DNA of 60,472 nucleotides, the filler included. It is 5 parts of 5 records of this genome, joined end to end, with 100 filler letters (N's around TTAATTAATTAA, not from the genome) between each part and the next. Parts side by side here need not be neighbours in the genome. Positions count along the whole stretch, not along the records: positions 1 to 20,184 come from DRR378314_1033; 4 more parts are not named here. One strand, written 5' to 3'. Below, piece after piece: positions 1 through 13,951 of this stretch (positions within the stretch are counted from its first letter, which is position 1; each line of letters begins with the position of its first letter). A program made the translations under genes and the position numbers. A model generated the notes under the pieces. The model saw nothing but the letters and a program-made list of their open reading frames with translations. It was not told the DNA's origin and ran no database searches.

Positions 1-291
1 TGCACCTCGCTTGCAAATACTTACATCGTATATCTTCGTTGGGAATGTACGCACGAACGGAGTGATAGTTTGCTATGTGAGCGGCAGCGGGTGAAGGTCG
101 GTGCATGCGTGGTGTGAGGAGTAGAGCGCCACCGCACGGTCAACGACTCGGCCTTGGCGTTGGTTAACCCTAGTGCAGTGCTGACCGAGCACAGCTGCAC
201 GGCGGCGCTGGGCTTGCGGGCTTGCTGTGCGCTCGGAGTGCAAGCAGTTTTTTTTTGCCCGTTCTCTGCCAGGTTCACCGAGCACCTTGGA

Positions 292-2106
292 ATGCCCTCT
301 GTCAAGAAAGCTTCCGCAGAGGCAGCTGCGCGAGTTTTACAAGTTTTAGAATCATGCCGACCTGCTTGTCAGGTTTTTCTAGGAGGGAGCCCTGCCGCTG
401 CTGAGGTGGAAGAGCTGGTAGGCGGCATGAGCAACGTGGTGCGTTTTTTTTTTTCTCTTTTCCCTTGCTGACGGAAGAAAAGTAGGGGCGAACTCGGCTC
501 CGCGCAAGCGCTTCTCTGGCTTGATCCCGTGTTCGAGATTTGCTTTTGGTTCGCTTGTCTTTGTTTCTGTGTGCGGTGGCGCCATTTTCCTCTGGTGGCG
601 CTTTTGATGTAGGAAATGAAACGGCGCGTTGTTCCCCTCGCATGCGGCTCCGTGCTACGCCCCGTTGCTGCTTCTGCTGTACAGCGTGGCGGCTTGCAAG
701 TGTCGATGCAGTGAGGTGTTGAGTACGCGTTCCGCTTTCTTGCGGTTGCGCCACGTACTACGCGATTATGTCGCGGTGTTTTCGATCCCGCAGATTTACC
801 GTGCAAAGATTCCTTCAAGTGGCAAGTCTGGTGTCATTGTGCGCTATTTCGGATCCAATCTAGACGGGATTGTGGACATTGAGGCGGAGCGCAAGTGCTT
901 CCGCGAGCTTGCAGGCGCCGGACTTGCGCCTGCTCTCGTGCACGAGTTTCACGGCGGCCGCGTTGAGGAGTTTCTTCAGGCTCGCCCGCTACGCGCCGAA
1001 GAGCTCCCGGAGCCGAGCATAGAGAAATGCGTGGTCGAACAGCTTGCAAGACTACATCACTGGACGCCATCTGAAATGTCGCATCCCTTGCAGGAAGAAT
1101 TTACTGGAAGGATTCGACAGTGGACGGCAGTAGCTGCCGCGCGAGGAGCCCTCCTGCAGCAGCTGTCGTGGGACAGTGCGTGCGCGCTCGCCCAGCGTAT
1201 CGCGAACAAGCTCCAAGAGCTGTCGTCCCCCGTTGTATTTGCGCACAATGATCTCCAGGTACGGATTTGATGATTGTCTTCATGCCTCCTCCCATTTCCT
1301 TAGGTACCAGCAGTGAAAAATGTACTTAGTGTCATGGCGGTTCTGCGGCAGTTGCGAGAGCAGGGTGTCTTGCTTGTACGCGCTCGTGTGTTTTGCCGGG
1401 AAGGTCTTGGTGAGCAGCCAGCGTGTCGGGCGCTATCGACCTCGTTGTGGACAGTAGGTCGTTGAAGAACGCTGCTCTCCATCCCATGATTGCGAGCAGT
1501 GCGAGGATAGGGAAACACTCAACACTTGCTACATAGAGAAAAAACCGCAGCATTGTGATTTACGAGTAGTGTGCTGAGAATTGAGAGGATGCGATGCCCG
1601 ATTCTGAGCTGCCTCACCGTTTTCTATGATCTTGCACTCTGCTCGTGGTGCGGCGTGCTGGCCACAAACAGGAAGAGAATATTTTGCTCGAAGATGACAG
1701 CAGCTGCTCGAATCCGAAACTGCGCATGATCGACTTTGAATACGCCGCCCCCAATTTCCGCGGGATTGACCTCGGAAATCATATATGTGAGCGCATGTTC
1801 TCCTACGGTGCAACAAACGACACAGGCTTTTCTGTACTCCCCGAGGGCCGACCGACTGCGGCTTCTATATTGAATTTCGCACGCGCGTACTGCTCAGCGG
1901 AGGAATCGCTCTTTGGCAAGTCGTGCGATCCTGTCTCTCTTGCGCGTGAATGTGCATGGGGAGTCGCAGCCGCGCATCTTACGTGGTGTGTATGGGCTGC
2001 AGCAATGGCAGCCGATGCACCAGAGCCTGGCTTCAGCTACGCCGCGTACTCGCAAGTGCGCGAGGAGGAGGCGCTGCGGCAGGTGGCTGCCCTGGAGGAA
2101 GCGTAG
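292..2106 (+). CDS. Choline/ethanolamine kinase (eukaryotic, spliced)
   Basis: Exons ~292-438, 794-1258 and 1672-2106 join in frame at GT-AG introns. Motifs: GGMSN, Brenner motif HNDLQ|EENILL split by an intron, and IDFEYAAPNFRGIDLGNH. The start codon is uncertain because an acceptor at 272 lies upstream. Confidence 0.88.
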
Positions 2107-2796
2107 AGTGGGTTGCTTCCTCAGGGCTATACACACGCAATGTGAGGCCCCCGCGCGAATTTCGCCCGGCTCCGTATGCATTTGTTCAAATATACGACCT
2201 AATTTCGTCGTGGACTTTGCATGACTGGAGGTACTGCATGTGCGACAGCATGGTGGAGAGAGGACGTACGCGCCCCAGTGCCGCCCGCACGCGGGCGCGC
2301 GCTTTGCAATGCGTTGTCGCGGTCCCGCTGGCGCGAGAAGGACTGCAACATTGCAATGTGATTTGTTTAAGATGGAAATGAAACGCACGCGGGAGGCGAT
2401 AAATACGCCATCGTCATCGTACGGATATGTCTACCCGCAGCCATTGCAGTATGCGGCAGAGAGCGCAGAACTCGGCCCGAATTGCTGGAGCGCATTGGCG
2501 CTGTGCTCAGTCTGGGCGAGCGAGCGAGTTGTCGCGGCCCGGACCTGCGATTGCAGCGTAGCATGTTGTAGTCTAGGGTTATCATCGGATGTGTTTGTAC
2601 CGCACACTAGGGTGATGTCAAACCACGATGTTACTAACCGCGGGCAACTGTAAATTAATAAAGATACGTAAGCATTGTTGGTCCAATCAGCAAACACACC
2701 GCTCAAAGGAAGCGGCTCAGCACTACTGCTCAAGATATTCTGATTTTCTCGCGATCGGACTCGCAGCGGACTCTGCGGCCACACGCTTTTTCAACA

Positions 2797-4524
2797 ATGG
2801 CGAACCTCTGGTACACTCACCCGCGCAACTACGGAAAGGGATCGCGCTGCTGGTAAGTCCTCCCGCCGTAGATGAACATTCCAGGTGGTGTGTTGAGGCA
2901 GTGATGTGCCTGTCGGCGGCGGTACATTGTATCGCTTGCGTACAATTTTGCGCGTGCCTACTGCACTCGCGACACGCGAACGAGTGATGCGTCCTTGTGT
3001 GGCACACGGCGTGGGGGGCAGGCGCGGCCTGCCTGCATTCTCCGCAAACGCACTGCGCATATTGCTTGTCCTAGCCGCCCGATTCTCCGCACAGAGAGGT
3101 GGCTTCGCTGCATGCCATTGGTCACTTCTGGATCGATGTGACTTTTTTCCAGTTATCCGGATCTATTTATTTTCTGCATTCAGCTTGGGCGTGTGCTTTC
3201 GGCGCCTCAGCGGCACTGGGTGCTATGGACTGAGCGCTGTTCCTGCTGTGAAGAGCTTCTTCGCGTTCGGCTCTGCCTGTCGTTCTGGCTCTATTCCTGC
3301 CCAATTGTGCCACCGCTCGCGTAGGCTGCACCCACCGGCCTCTGTGCTGCAGCAGCTTGCAGACCGCGTTTTCTAGCTGCATAGTTTATGAGATAGTGGC
3401 ACTGCAGAATGGGACCAAAAATGCCGGGGATCGTACTTTCCGGTGTCCCTCTGTCCGGCACGGCACTGCGTGTTGCGGACCTCGAGCTGTGCCTGTGGCT
3501 CGCGCGTGTTCAAGCGGTAGCTATCACACGCGGGGGCCCTCGCACTGCTGCGGCCCCCTGCTCCGCACAGGGCGAGGGAGGAGTAGCTCCTTCGCGCTAC
3601 CCGTTACGCCTTCCGCGTATTTGGCTGTATCTCTGGATTGTAACTGAACTAGCTCCGCAAGGTAGCAGTGGTATTGGTGCTGTGTGTGATGGCAGTTTGG
3701 TAATGCTCCCGATGGCTGCAGGCTGTGCAAGAAAGAGCGGGTAGAGTTTGAGCAAAGCCAGCTTTGCCTCGTCGCTCGTCGTTTCGCGTTCAGAGTGCTG
3801 CTGAACGACGAGTGCCGCTGCCCCCCTATGTGGTTCGTTCGTACTATGGGCGTAGAATGTGTGCGCACTGCGCAAAGCATGCCCACTTGCCACATGTCAT
3901 AAGATAAAATCGAAGATTATTTTATTGTCGACGAAAAAGGGTGTGCAGAGTCGTGAAAATACTTCTGTAGCGCGCGAAGCTGTGCGACTTGGAGAGCGGT
4001 ACTGTGCGCACCGGTTTGGTCCTGAATCTTGCGCTGTCCCGCTTGACTACCTTCCTGTCTGGAACAACGCACTCGTGACCTCCAGTCCTGCCTCGAGGCG
4101 CGGTGCGCTGCTTGAGTTTATCTGCGCACTAACCACGCATGTTCTCATGCTACTCCTTTTTCTTGCAATTCTTCTGTCGCATTGATCTTTGCTCTGGATA
4201 ATAGCCGCGTCTGCGGAGCGCGCCAGGGCCTCATCCGTAAGTACGACCTGGAAATGTGCCGTCGCTGCTTCCGCGAGTACGCGAAGGACATCGGCTTCAA
4301 GAAGGTACGCGTGTGCTTCGCAGCTGTACGTCCGCCGTGACCGCTGCCTCCGACATCGCTCGCGGTTTTCTTGCTGGACAGCTGCTCCTTTTCGAGGCAC
4401 TCTGTTGCTGCCGATTCTCTGATCGATGTGTCGCTACGTATGGTACGCGAGCATCAATGTGACATTTCTTCTGCTTCTTTTCGATCGATTGTGCTCGGGC
4501 TCCGTGCGTTTGCAGTTCCGTTAA
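2797..4524 (+). CDS. RPS29: 40S ribosomal protein S29 (uS14), 3 exons
   Basis: Exons 2797-2852, 4205-4304 and 4516-4524 give [54 protein letters not shown] (54 aa) with the CxxC...CxxC zinc finger. Donors are GTAAGT and GTACGC. The ORF track misses this gene. Confidence 0.96.
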
Positions 4525-4835
4525 AGCTGGAGGACAAACTGCTAGGGCGTCAGCTCTTGGCGCTCACAGTAGTCTGTGCTTGCCGCGGCCTCTGATGCGG
4601 TCGTGTGCCGGGCCTCTGAGCACCGCGAGAATCGCATGCGAGACTTGATTCTCCCATATGTATTCGTTGCGGCATATGCCCGAGAGTCCATAAGAATGAA
4701 CCGTTCGCTTTATGTGCGGCCCCATCGCGCCCTTGCTGCATTTGCAAGTGTTCAGTGCTTGCAGGCAGTCGCACGCACATGTGCTTTCTGTCGCAAAAGC
4801 AGGGCCATGACCCCTTGAACCTCGCCCACGCTTTA

Positions 4836-7800
4836 TCACGGAGATCGACTGCCGAGAAATAGTCGCAACACGGGAGAAAGCTGCTTTGCGCGATGATCCT
4901 CGCGACGCACTTCTGCAGGCGGCACGGCGCTCTTCCACGCAGAATCTAGGTGCCTGCACACGCCAGGATATCTGCAAGAAGATACAATGAGTTGGCCCAC
5001 CCACGTGCCTCCTTAGTGGCGTTCTGGATCATGCAGACACTCTCTCATCCAATACTTGCCGCAACAGGTTCTCCGCGCGCTCCCCACCCCCACCCCGATC
5101 GTAAAGATGTTGCAAACTTTACTCTTTGCTCCAGCGAAGGCATATTTGCGACGGCGAGGCCGGGCATTGCGGTCCGAGGCGCAACCCCACGCGCACAATC
5201 AAGCCAAGGGCACGTAGCTCCTCACCTTTCCATGGTGCTTGCAAGCGCGTCGCGCATAAAACCGTAATGAGGTCGCGCAAGTTTCCTATTCGAAACACTT
5301 CGCAACCCAGCGACGATTCCATCGCCACACGTCTGCTGTAGTTCAGTTTTGACCCTGCGCCCGGACGAGAAGACGTGTATCACGTATAGAGTGCGCCTCA
5401 TGCAATCAGATGTTTCGTTTCGTTAGTTGACCATGGCCGAGCAAGCGCCCTTAATAGCCCGCAAGCAGTTGCGCACGAGTGACAAGTGCGACTTACCTTG
5501 ATGGCATGTGTTGCAATGCTCCCGAGCACGGTTCCAACACAAGCCGGTCAAAATCTCCAATCGATCGATTCAAAGCTTGTTTGCGTTTTTGTGACTTCCG
5601 GCGAATCCTATTTCTATACTTGGGGCGAAATACTGAGGCGAAGATGGCTACTGTCAAATCTTCCAGATACAAAGCCAGCGCCCGTCGCATACTGTACTCC
5701 AGCAATCAAGGCATGCATTGGGTGTTGCATAATTTTCACGTACGCAAACAGGTACTTTCAGCACAAAAGCGAAATCAAGTGTATTGGTATTCAAAATTAA
5801 AGACTACGTGATAATGGATGAAAAGTAAAAGAACGCGAGCATCGTTGTGCCACGCTTCGCCTCTTTGCGGAACTTGCCCAGGCCACGCGGGCACCGCAAG
5901 CTCTCGAACGCACTTATTCCAGCTCGACACTCACGTGCGTTTTATCACAGAAATAGCTTGATCTTTGAAAAAGTAAGCAGGCTCTATTATAACGCACCTT
6001 TCAATTTCCACCTGAGCGTCTTTCTCTGTGCGAAGGAGCAGCTCGTACAAGACGGCAGTTCCTTGAACCCATGTCTGAGCAGAGTGTGCGGCTTTCATGC
6101 AAGACCGCAGCGCTGCGCGTCGGTGGCGCAAGCGCACCTCGTGCTCGGCGGATACATGCTTCACACACTCTTCTATCTCATCCCATGCATCTGCAATACG
6201 TTGAGAATACATCACATGCCAATGATGTAGGGTAGAGAAATAGATGATATCCGTGACCAACGCTTAACACATTCCATTGTCGACTGCTTCTGTGTCGGGG
6301 TCAACTTCCATATCAGCATCGAAGGCAAAAGTGCCAGTGCAGTCGAAAGCAGCCACTCAACCAAGAGGATTAGTTCCACTCCCCAACAAAAACTCTTTGC
6401 ATGGCGGACACAGTTCAAGTAGAATATTAACCAACAGTTTATACGATACTCTGTCATAGTGTAGATGTGTTGAGTGAAAAAAGCAGCGCACTGAGAGAGT
6501 GATCGGGCAATTTTTCGGCAACGCAGGCTCGCCAATGCATTCGGAGTCTCCCAACAAATCCAGAGCGCGTGAACAGTCTACGCGAGAGACGTCGCCGGCG
6601 CAGCATGCCCACTTCCATGCGCTAAGCAACATTGAGCTCCCATATATTGTACCTTTGGACAGCACAGCACCACACTCGATGCGTGCCAGAAGACGCCGTA
6701 GACGCCTCCACGATAGCTCAGTGGCGTCATTTTCGTACAGAGTACTTGCACGAGACGCGGCCCCAGAACTCTCACATTCAGCTGCTCGACTACCCGTACT
6801 CTGCATGACGCAGAGCCAGCGCAATAAAAGCACAAGAGCGCAATTTGTGGCAGCGCAGAAACGTCTCCTGCTGCAGGGTGGGTCGACGGCCCACCCTAGC
6901 TGTCGTGGGAGACGGCTCCACAAAATCGGCGCGCGCGCACCGGGCGAAGTCCTCGTATTGCGCGAGATTCAGATGTTGCAACAATATACTGGTGGATACA
7001 GTACGCCATGTATTTGCATATCGAGGCGATGCAAGGTGCAACTTAGGTATCCTATACTTGGGGACTTCATGCTTGTGATTGCAACAAAATGGAAGCATCG
7101 CCGCACTTCATACGCGACGCACAAGCCTGAATGTACGAGCCTTCCAGCATGCATTGCTCTGGAAAGCACTCCACGCCACTCCACGGTCTGGGAGCCTACT
7201 GTACACGTTGCAGTGGACGCAGGACATTGGTGCCTGGCGGAAGAAGTACATTTCTCGTGAATGACGTAACATGAGAGTCGAACAGACTCAACGTTGTGCG
7301 GTAGATTGGTTCCAACGCTGCAGGTGCAGCGATAGCCATTCTAATGAACGTTTGTACGACCGATCGAGCGGGCGAGCGCTTCTGCAGGAAGCGCATCAGT
7401 CCACAGAGGCCTCTTCGTGCATCCACTTCAAAACCTTAGTATCGATGAATGGCTCAATCTTCCACAGTGCTTGTAATCGTCTACAAATATAAAGACGCAG
7501 ATGCAAGTCGAACCCGTCAGCGAACAGTACGGAATGCCGCGAAGACTAGGCATCCGCCATTTTCTTCGCAAACTCGCCATCTTGCTTGGGCGGCCTCACC
7601 CATTGCAGCAAAATCGTAACGTCAAATAAGATATGCACGTCTCACAGCTCGCATACAAAATCACTCAATACAAGAGACCAGTCAATATCGAACGATAAAC
7701 ATACTCGCGTCGCCCGTGCTCGAGCACTCCACCATTACAGCACGCCTCGGCCCCCATCGCCTCCTGCACAGGATTCGCGCGCAAGAAATCATGCAGTAGT

Positions 7801-8724
7801 CCGTCAGCACGCGGAGCGTACCCTATCCACGCGTGATCGAAAGGGCGCTCATAATGCCAGATTCCCGCCGCAAATCATTCGAGCTCCTCTTGTGAAGCTA
7901 CATGGTTTTGTCGCATTGTGGAAACCGTTTGCACATCGCATTCAACAACAAGGGCCCGGCATTGGCGTACCTTGACCTGCAGCTCGGACTCCAAACTCTC
8001 CGCGAATGCCACAGCGAGAGAGTGCGCAGCAGCACATGGGTGAACGGCGTCGACAGCCTCCCACGCACGTCTCGACAGTGCGCGCATTGTATCTATCGTC
8101 TGTTTCCATGCAGAGTACGAATTCGCATTCCCAAGTATTCGTCAGAATCCCGTGTTTGGCACATAGCGCATAGGTACGCACCGCCCAACGCAGAAGGGAT
8201 CTTCGTCGTGCGCGCTGCCCACGTGCGGCGTTCGGTGCACCGGATGGAGGAGCTTCGGTCGGCGCGCTACAGGCGAGTCGCACGAACGAAACCTTGAAGC
8301 TCCTTGCGCTACGCTTCGAGCCCATGAACGCATGCCAAACTTGTCCACCAATATGAACGCTTAAACACGGTATTGAAGCGTGTCAATCAAAACCACGTGA
8401 TCGAGCGAGGAAATGAATACGAAACGCATGTTCGGACAAACAACGCCACGTGCGCGCACGGGTCCATCACGTAGTCGCGCTGCAACATCACATCGCCTTG
8501 TGGCAAGCGAGGCGCAGTGTGAACCTCCAACAGAGAAGATTACAGGTCTAATATCAACGCCATACCTTTTGTAATGATTTTTTGTTCTCCTTGATCCAGA
8601 GCTGCTCTTCTTCAGCGTGCAGTGCTCCCGTGAGTAGCGGAGCGGTCCGCAGTACTGCGCCATTGCGTAACCGGCCCGCAGACAGCGGTGTGAGACCTTC
8701 GGTGCAGCAAATCGCGTTCTCCAT
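4836..8724 (-). CDS. Multi-exon eukaryotic protein of unknown function (5' part incompletely resolved)
   Basis: Exons 6190-5998, 5691-5497, 5354-5226 and 4971-4836 splice in compatible phases at GTGCGT/GTAAGT/GTGAGG donors into one open frame ending in TGA. Further phase-compatible exons lie near 8724-8566, ~8359-8293 and ~8099-7971. The exons between 6190 and 7971 were not resolved, and no domain was recognised. Confidence 0.55.
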
Positions 8725-9573
8725 CTGTAGAGGCACCCCCACAGCTCCTCAGAACCATACGATCGGAAATACATACATGTATGGCATAACTATACGCTTG
8801 ACGATTCGGAGCGCCCGACTTTGGGGAATACGTACGTTCTACCGCTCGGGCAAGGTGCTGATTGTCTGCCACGTGCTCAGCGTCTGACGCGGTGTGCGTG
8901 GAGGACTCCGCCCCTGTGCGGCCAAGCAACGCGGCACCATCGTCTCGCACTGCCGTCCATTCGAGCCTACACAAGAACAGTGATCCAAGAAGTACCAATG
9001 AATATATGCGTGTCAATAATGATTATCGGTTGGAAATATCCATAGGGAGGAGAACGCGTCACTAGAAGAAGAACGTGCTTTTGCCGCGCGTTCCGGGAGC
9101 GACAACGCTGCTGCGCAGGACAGCGCAGCCGCGGCAGAACGAGAAAACGACGCACTGCGCAAAGCGTCGACGTGCAGGTACACGGCGCGCACCATATATT
9201 CCGCAGTTCCCCCAATTCACTCATACAAAGGCGTCCGTTTTCTACAGAACGGGCGCCAAGAAGCTTAAAATATGCCGCTATATGCCTGGTAGGTGGACGA
9301 GCGTGACACGCGCGCCAACGCCGCAGAGTTCGTTGTCGAATGTATACTGTTGTACTGCATCACCGTCGTTTGTATAAATATGAACTCTCCGGCAATGAAA
9401 CGTCGAGGCAGGAACGAATCCGTACCCCTAGTAAAGTACAGGCGCATCGCGGGCAGGCCGATCAAGGAAAGCTGAGAATGGAACGCCTGGGAGTAGCAAC
9501 TTTTCCCGTCACACTCGCACGCGGCAGAAGATCGTTTCTTCCGCTGTGAGTTCCTTGAAGCCCTTACGCAGCG

Positions 9574-12500
9574 ATGTACTTTTCACCTGCTCTACGCTCC
9601 GCGACAGTGGTCTTGTGTGTACTTGTTATCGCACAGGCCAATCTCGTGCATATTCCTCTCACAGCGAACCCTGTGGAGGGCGCAGACGCCGATGAGTTTC
9701 TCGCGCTCCTGAACAAGGCGCAGCAGAACGCAACCGACGTGCCGCACACAACGCGCGAACATCTCTCGAACTACAAGAATGTCGAGTATATCGGTGAGAT
9801 CGACATTGGAACACCAGGTATGTCTCTTCAATATATCATTTTTGTGATCTCTCTGAAGATGACATAGGCGCCGCGAAAAGTCCGCATGTATTGCGCATGA
9901 AGAGTTGGTGCGTGCGGCCGAGGTCAGCAGCTTTTGTGTGTAGCCTTCCTCTGTCGCGTTCGATGCCTGATGCGGGCGGTGCCGCTGCTGCAAACGAGGC
10001 GGTGGTGCAAGTCCGCTCGCCGGACACGGAGGCACGTCCTCTCCGTCCCGGCCGTTTCTGCTTTGTCTTGCACGCCATCCTCCTTCTTTGCGCCAGTACA
10101 ACTCGTCAGTATATATTCTCATCTTTTGCGAGCTCCTGAACAAGCTGCTGGCTCGCGAGCAAAGGCGAGCGAAGGGTTCCACACCCGCACGAAAGCGCGT
10201 AAAGCGCGACGTGCACGCAGGAAAGCACCTGGGCCCCTTTCCGCCGCAGCGTGCCTGGCCTTGCCCAGTTCCTCGCGCTGCATCCGCTCATGTTTTGTTA
10301 GCAGTCAGGGATGTCTTTTTTTTAAAAAAAAAAGCTCGCCATTCATATCAATCATCACATAATTTAAGTTATTATTCGGAAAATACTGGAAAGCATGTTG
10401 CCGTAGTGCCCGGAAAGCTGCGCTTTGCTGAGCTTTGCGTTCGTAGAGCTGAGCCGCGCAGACGTTTCGTACAGCAGGACTCCCCACTGCGAAAGCGTAT
10501 TAATTTGCTGTCATCTTGACTAAGATACAGGCGCTCGCCGTTTTCGTCGCGCGTCTCGGCAGGACCGCCGTTCTACTTACGAGTTTTTCTGTGTTTATTC
10601 TGTTGGAATTTGCAGGCCAAAAATTCCGAGTAATCTTCGACACGGGATCTGCAAATCTCTGGGTTCCTTCGGAGAAGTGCCAGACGTTTTCGTGCCGCTT
10701 GCATAATCGTTTCCGCGCGGAGTCGTCGTCTTCGTACAAGTCGCTCCATGAGAACATCCACATCAAGGTGCGACGTAGCTCAGAGCTCTGCGTGGCGGAC
10801 TTTCCACATGGCCGCCCACTTGTGCAGGAACTTGCCACGGCAGCGCCGAAAAGACGCGCCCTTTTCCCCTTGCCAGTGCCTTCATACGATGCTCGCGAAG
10901 ATCTTCAGGAGGATTGGGAGGATGCTGACCGCGGAACGACTGGTTGCTGCCGTGTAGTGCAATGCCTGCGCACTTTCCCTTTTTCGCTGGTTGGTGTGGA
11001 GTGGCAGGCTTTCGTGCTGACTGTCACGATTTCGCCGGCTGCGCGTTGAGCCTCGCTGTGTCTTTTGTGGCAGCGTTTCCCCACCGTGCTTTCTTTTTTC
11101 TTGCCCTTACATGGTTTCTTTTATCTCATTCTCCATTTCTGTGTAGTATGGAACGGGAAGCGTCTCAGGCCGTGTTGCACTTGACTCGGTGAAGATCGGA
11201 GGCTTTACTATCAAAAGCCAGCCGTTTGGCCTGATGACGTACGAAAGCGACTCGCCGTTTTCTTCGATCCCGACGGACGGTATCCTTGGGCTGGCATTCC
11301 CAGAGATCAGCCAAGACGGCCTCTCACCCGTGTTTGACAACATGTACAAGCAGGTACGTATTCTGAGGACATTGCGTAAATTCACCACGGCCGATTTTCC
11401 GCGTTTCCGAGGCTCGAAGAGCACTGCTTTTCTTCGTCTGCGTTTCCGCGACCTCAGTGGACAGGCGCCAAGGCCACTCCGTATGAATCGAGCACGCGGT
11501 TGACGCTCTCGGCCCGGTGCGCGATAATAACTCGGCGGCGATGTTCTTTCGGCGTACTTCGTTTCTGGTACAGGGCCTGATTAAGAAGAAACAGTTCGCG
11601 GTGCATCTCAGCGGAGAAAAGCAAGGCGGAACGATTGTGTTCGGCGGCGACGATGCGCGCCTCCGCGACAGCGACATCCACTACGTCCCGCTCTCCCAGG
11701 TATGGATAGTGCAGCCGGTGTGCATCTTCAGCCGCGAATAGGCTCGCCGAATGGCGACATCTCTCCCGTATCCCAAAAAAGTGCGGATTGGTTGTTTTGA
11801 ACGCGGTTCACAATGCAAGCCCGCTCGAGTTTGTCCCCGTGAGCGCGTTCCCCTGCGCGTCGCCGTTAACGAGCAGGTTCCTTGGAGCGGGAATGTGTTC
11901 TCAGGAAGAGACACTGCGCCTTGTTGGTGCGTAGCGAGCGTCTGCGCCTGCCCTTCGCACTATCGTTCTGACGTATGCATTTCGTAACCGTAATGTCGTT
12001 TACCCTCCGCCTTCATCGTAGCGCACGTACTGGGAGGTGCATGGAAAGGACATTCAGGTCGGCGGAAAATCTTTCGACGCCTGCTCCGAGGGCTGCCGCG
12101 TTGTCGCCGACACAGGGACCTCGCTCCTGACCGGCCCAACCGGTACGTTCCCTCACCCTAACTCTTTGAATTTCTTCTTTTCTTTCGCTCTACTGCCTGC
12201 AACGGTACACTGTGTTTCTGCGCATTTTTATTCCCGCTGACTCGATAGTTGATACTCGTCCTCCGAGCTCCTTTTGCTGCGGGTAGACGCAATCATCACG
12301 CTTGGCGTTCGCCAGCGGCGGGTGTGTGTGGTTGGTCCTGTTTGATTCCTGCTTCCCTTAGTTCTGGTGGCCCTATCGATGTGTCACGCCAGAGGAACTG
12401 CGCATGTGACGAGGCCTATTCGTCTACTCCTTCGCAAAGCTGTCTGCAACGCGCTGTACAGACTTGCGCGAGATGCTCTACGTTTCCTGAGTTGAACTCT

Positions 12501-13951
12501 CTTTTCACATCTGAGCGCTTTCCCATTTCGCCCATGCGCGGATGTTTGTGCAGTCGAGGTGTACAAGCTGCTGCACATGATCGGCCGCGTGGAGCCCGAC
12601 TGCTCCAACGTCAACAGCCTGCCATCACTGCAGTTTGTGCTATCGGGTATCACGCTCGAGCTCGATCCGGACCAATATGTTATCCGCACTCTGGTGAACG
12701 GCAAGACGCGCTGTGCGCCGGGCATTATGCCCCTTGAGTACGTTGGCGAGCGCAGGGAGAACGTTCTCACGCACGATGGTTTTGGTTTTGCTGCGAGCGC
12801 GTGCTATGGCCTGCTCGTATAGGGGGTCTTTCGCACGGCATCGCAGTTGGCTTTGTATTGGCCAGCAATTGTCAAGCTTTTGGCGTTGACGTCACCGTCG
12901 AAGTAGTGTGATGCGAGGGCAACAAAAGTGACAGCCGACGTACAAAAACAGAAGAATTTCGTACTGCTTGCGCATGGGAGTAAACTGTTTGTTTATTTTT
13001 CTTCTCTCGCTGTGATGCCCCGTTCGTGGCGCGTTTCTCGTTCAGCGTTCCTCGCCCGCGCGGGCCGCTCTGGATTCTCGGCGATATCCTGGTACGTCGC
13101 AGGGCGCGCTGGCCGCTCGAACGGCCCCTTTGATCTCACGCAATGACTAGTGATATATGCTATTACAGCCCTCTTTTCGAGTGCGTGCCTTGTGGAATCG
13201 TGGGGATAAATTAGCATCCAGCGTAAGGATTACGGGGCGGAACTGCATTGCGAGGAGCTGGCTGATCTTGTACGCGGCAGCTTTTTTCCGCTCCAACTCC
13301 ACCGCCGCGTCTCCTTGTCGGACGTGATTCGTTCTTTTCACATTTTGGGATGCACTGGATACGTGGTGCAGTTCCGTAAGTACTACACGGTTTTCGATCG
13401 TGACAACGGAAACCTGCGTCTGGGATTCGCGCTCGCGAAGAAGAACGTCGACCTTGCTCTTGTCCGAGAGATCAATGAGGAAACCGAGAAAGAAGCAGCA
13501 GCAGAGGAAGCCAAGGAGGCGAGCAAGCACTCGTGTACGTCACATGGTCAGGGCGCAGGGTGTGCAGTACGCTGATCTTGTGCTGGCGAGGTACCTGGTT
13601 TGCTGTGGTACTTGCGAGAGGAATTGCGTCCAGGCGATGGGACTTGTCGGTTCTGAATGCGCACTGGCCGTTCTGGGCAGTCACCGGTTGTGTACCTCCC
13701 CGCTTGACGCGAACCTCTGTGCCTCGATTTCCCACGGTGCGCCCGTAATATCCACCGTTTGGGCGTACTTGCCAAATTTTGTCCACGTACCTTTCCTCAC
13801 CGTGTTATCGCCTTGTTGACGGCCGCGCATGTACGGCGTTGCAGTGGACGATGTGGAGGACACCTCGTCAGACGTCGTCGATGACGATAGCGACGATGTC
13901 TCTGAAGAGATGGACGAGGATACTCTCTCCGATGACCTCTTCATCGCATAA
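9574..13951 (+). CDS. Secreted pepsin-family (A1, cathepsin D/E-like) aspartic protease, 9 exons
   Basis: Exons 9574-9817, 10616-10767, 11147-11353, 11574-11699, 12022-12142, 12554-12737, 13046-13091, 13372-13534 and 13845-13951. Motifs: signal peptide, [12 protein letters not shown], catalytic FDTGS and ADTGTS, flap [29 protein letters not shown]. The last exon is less certain; without it the stop is at 13575. Confidence 0.92.
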
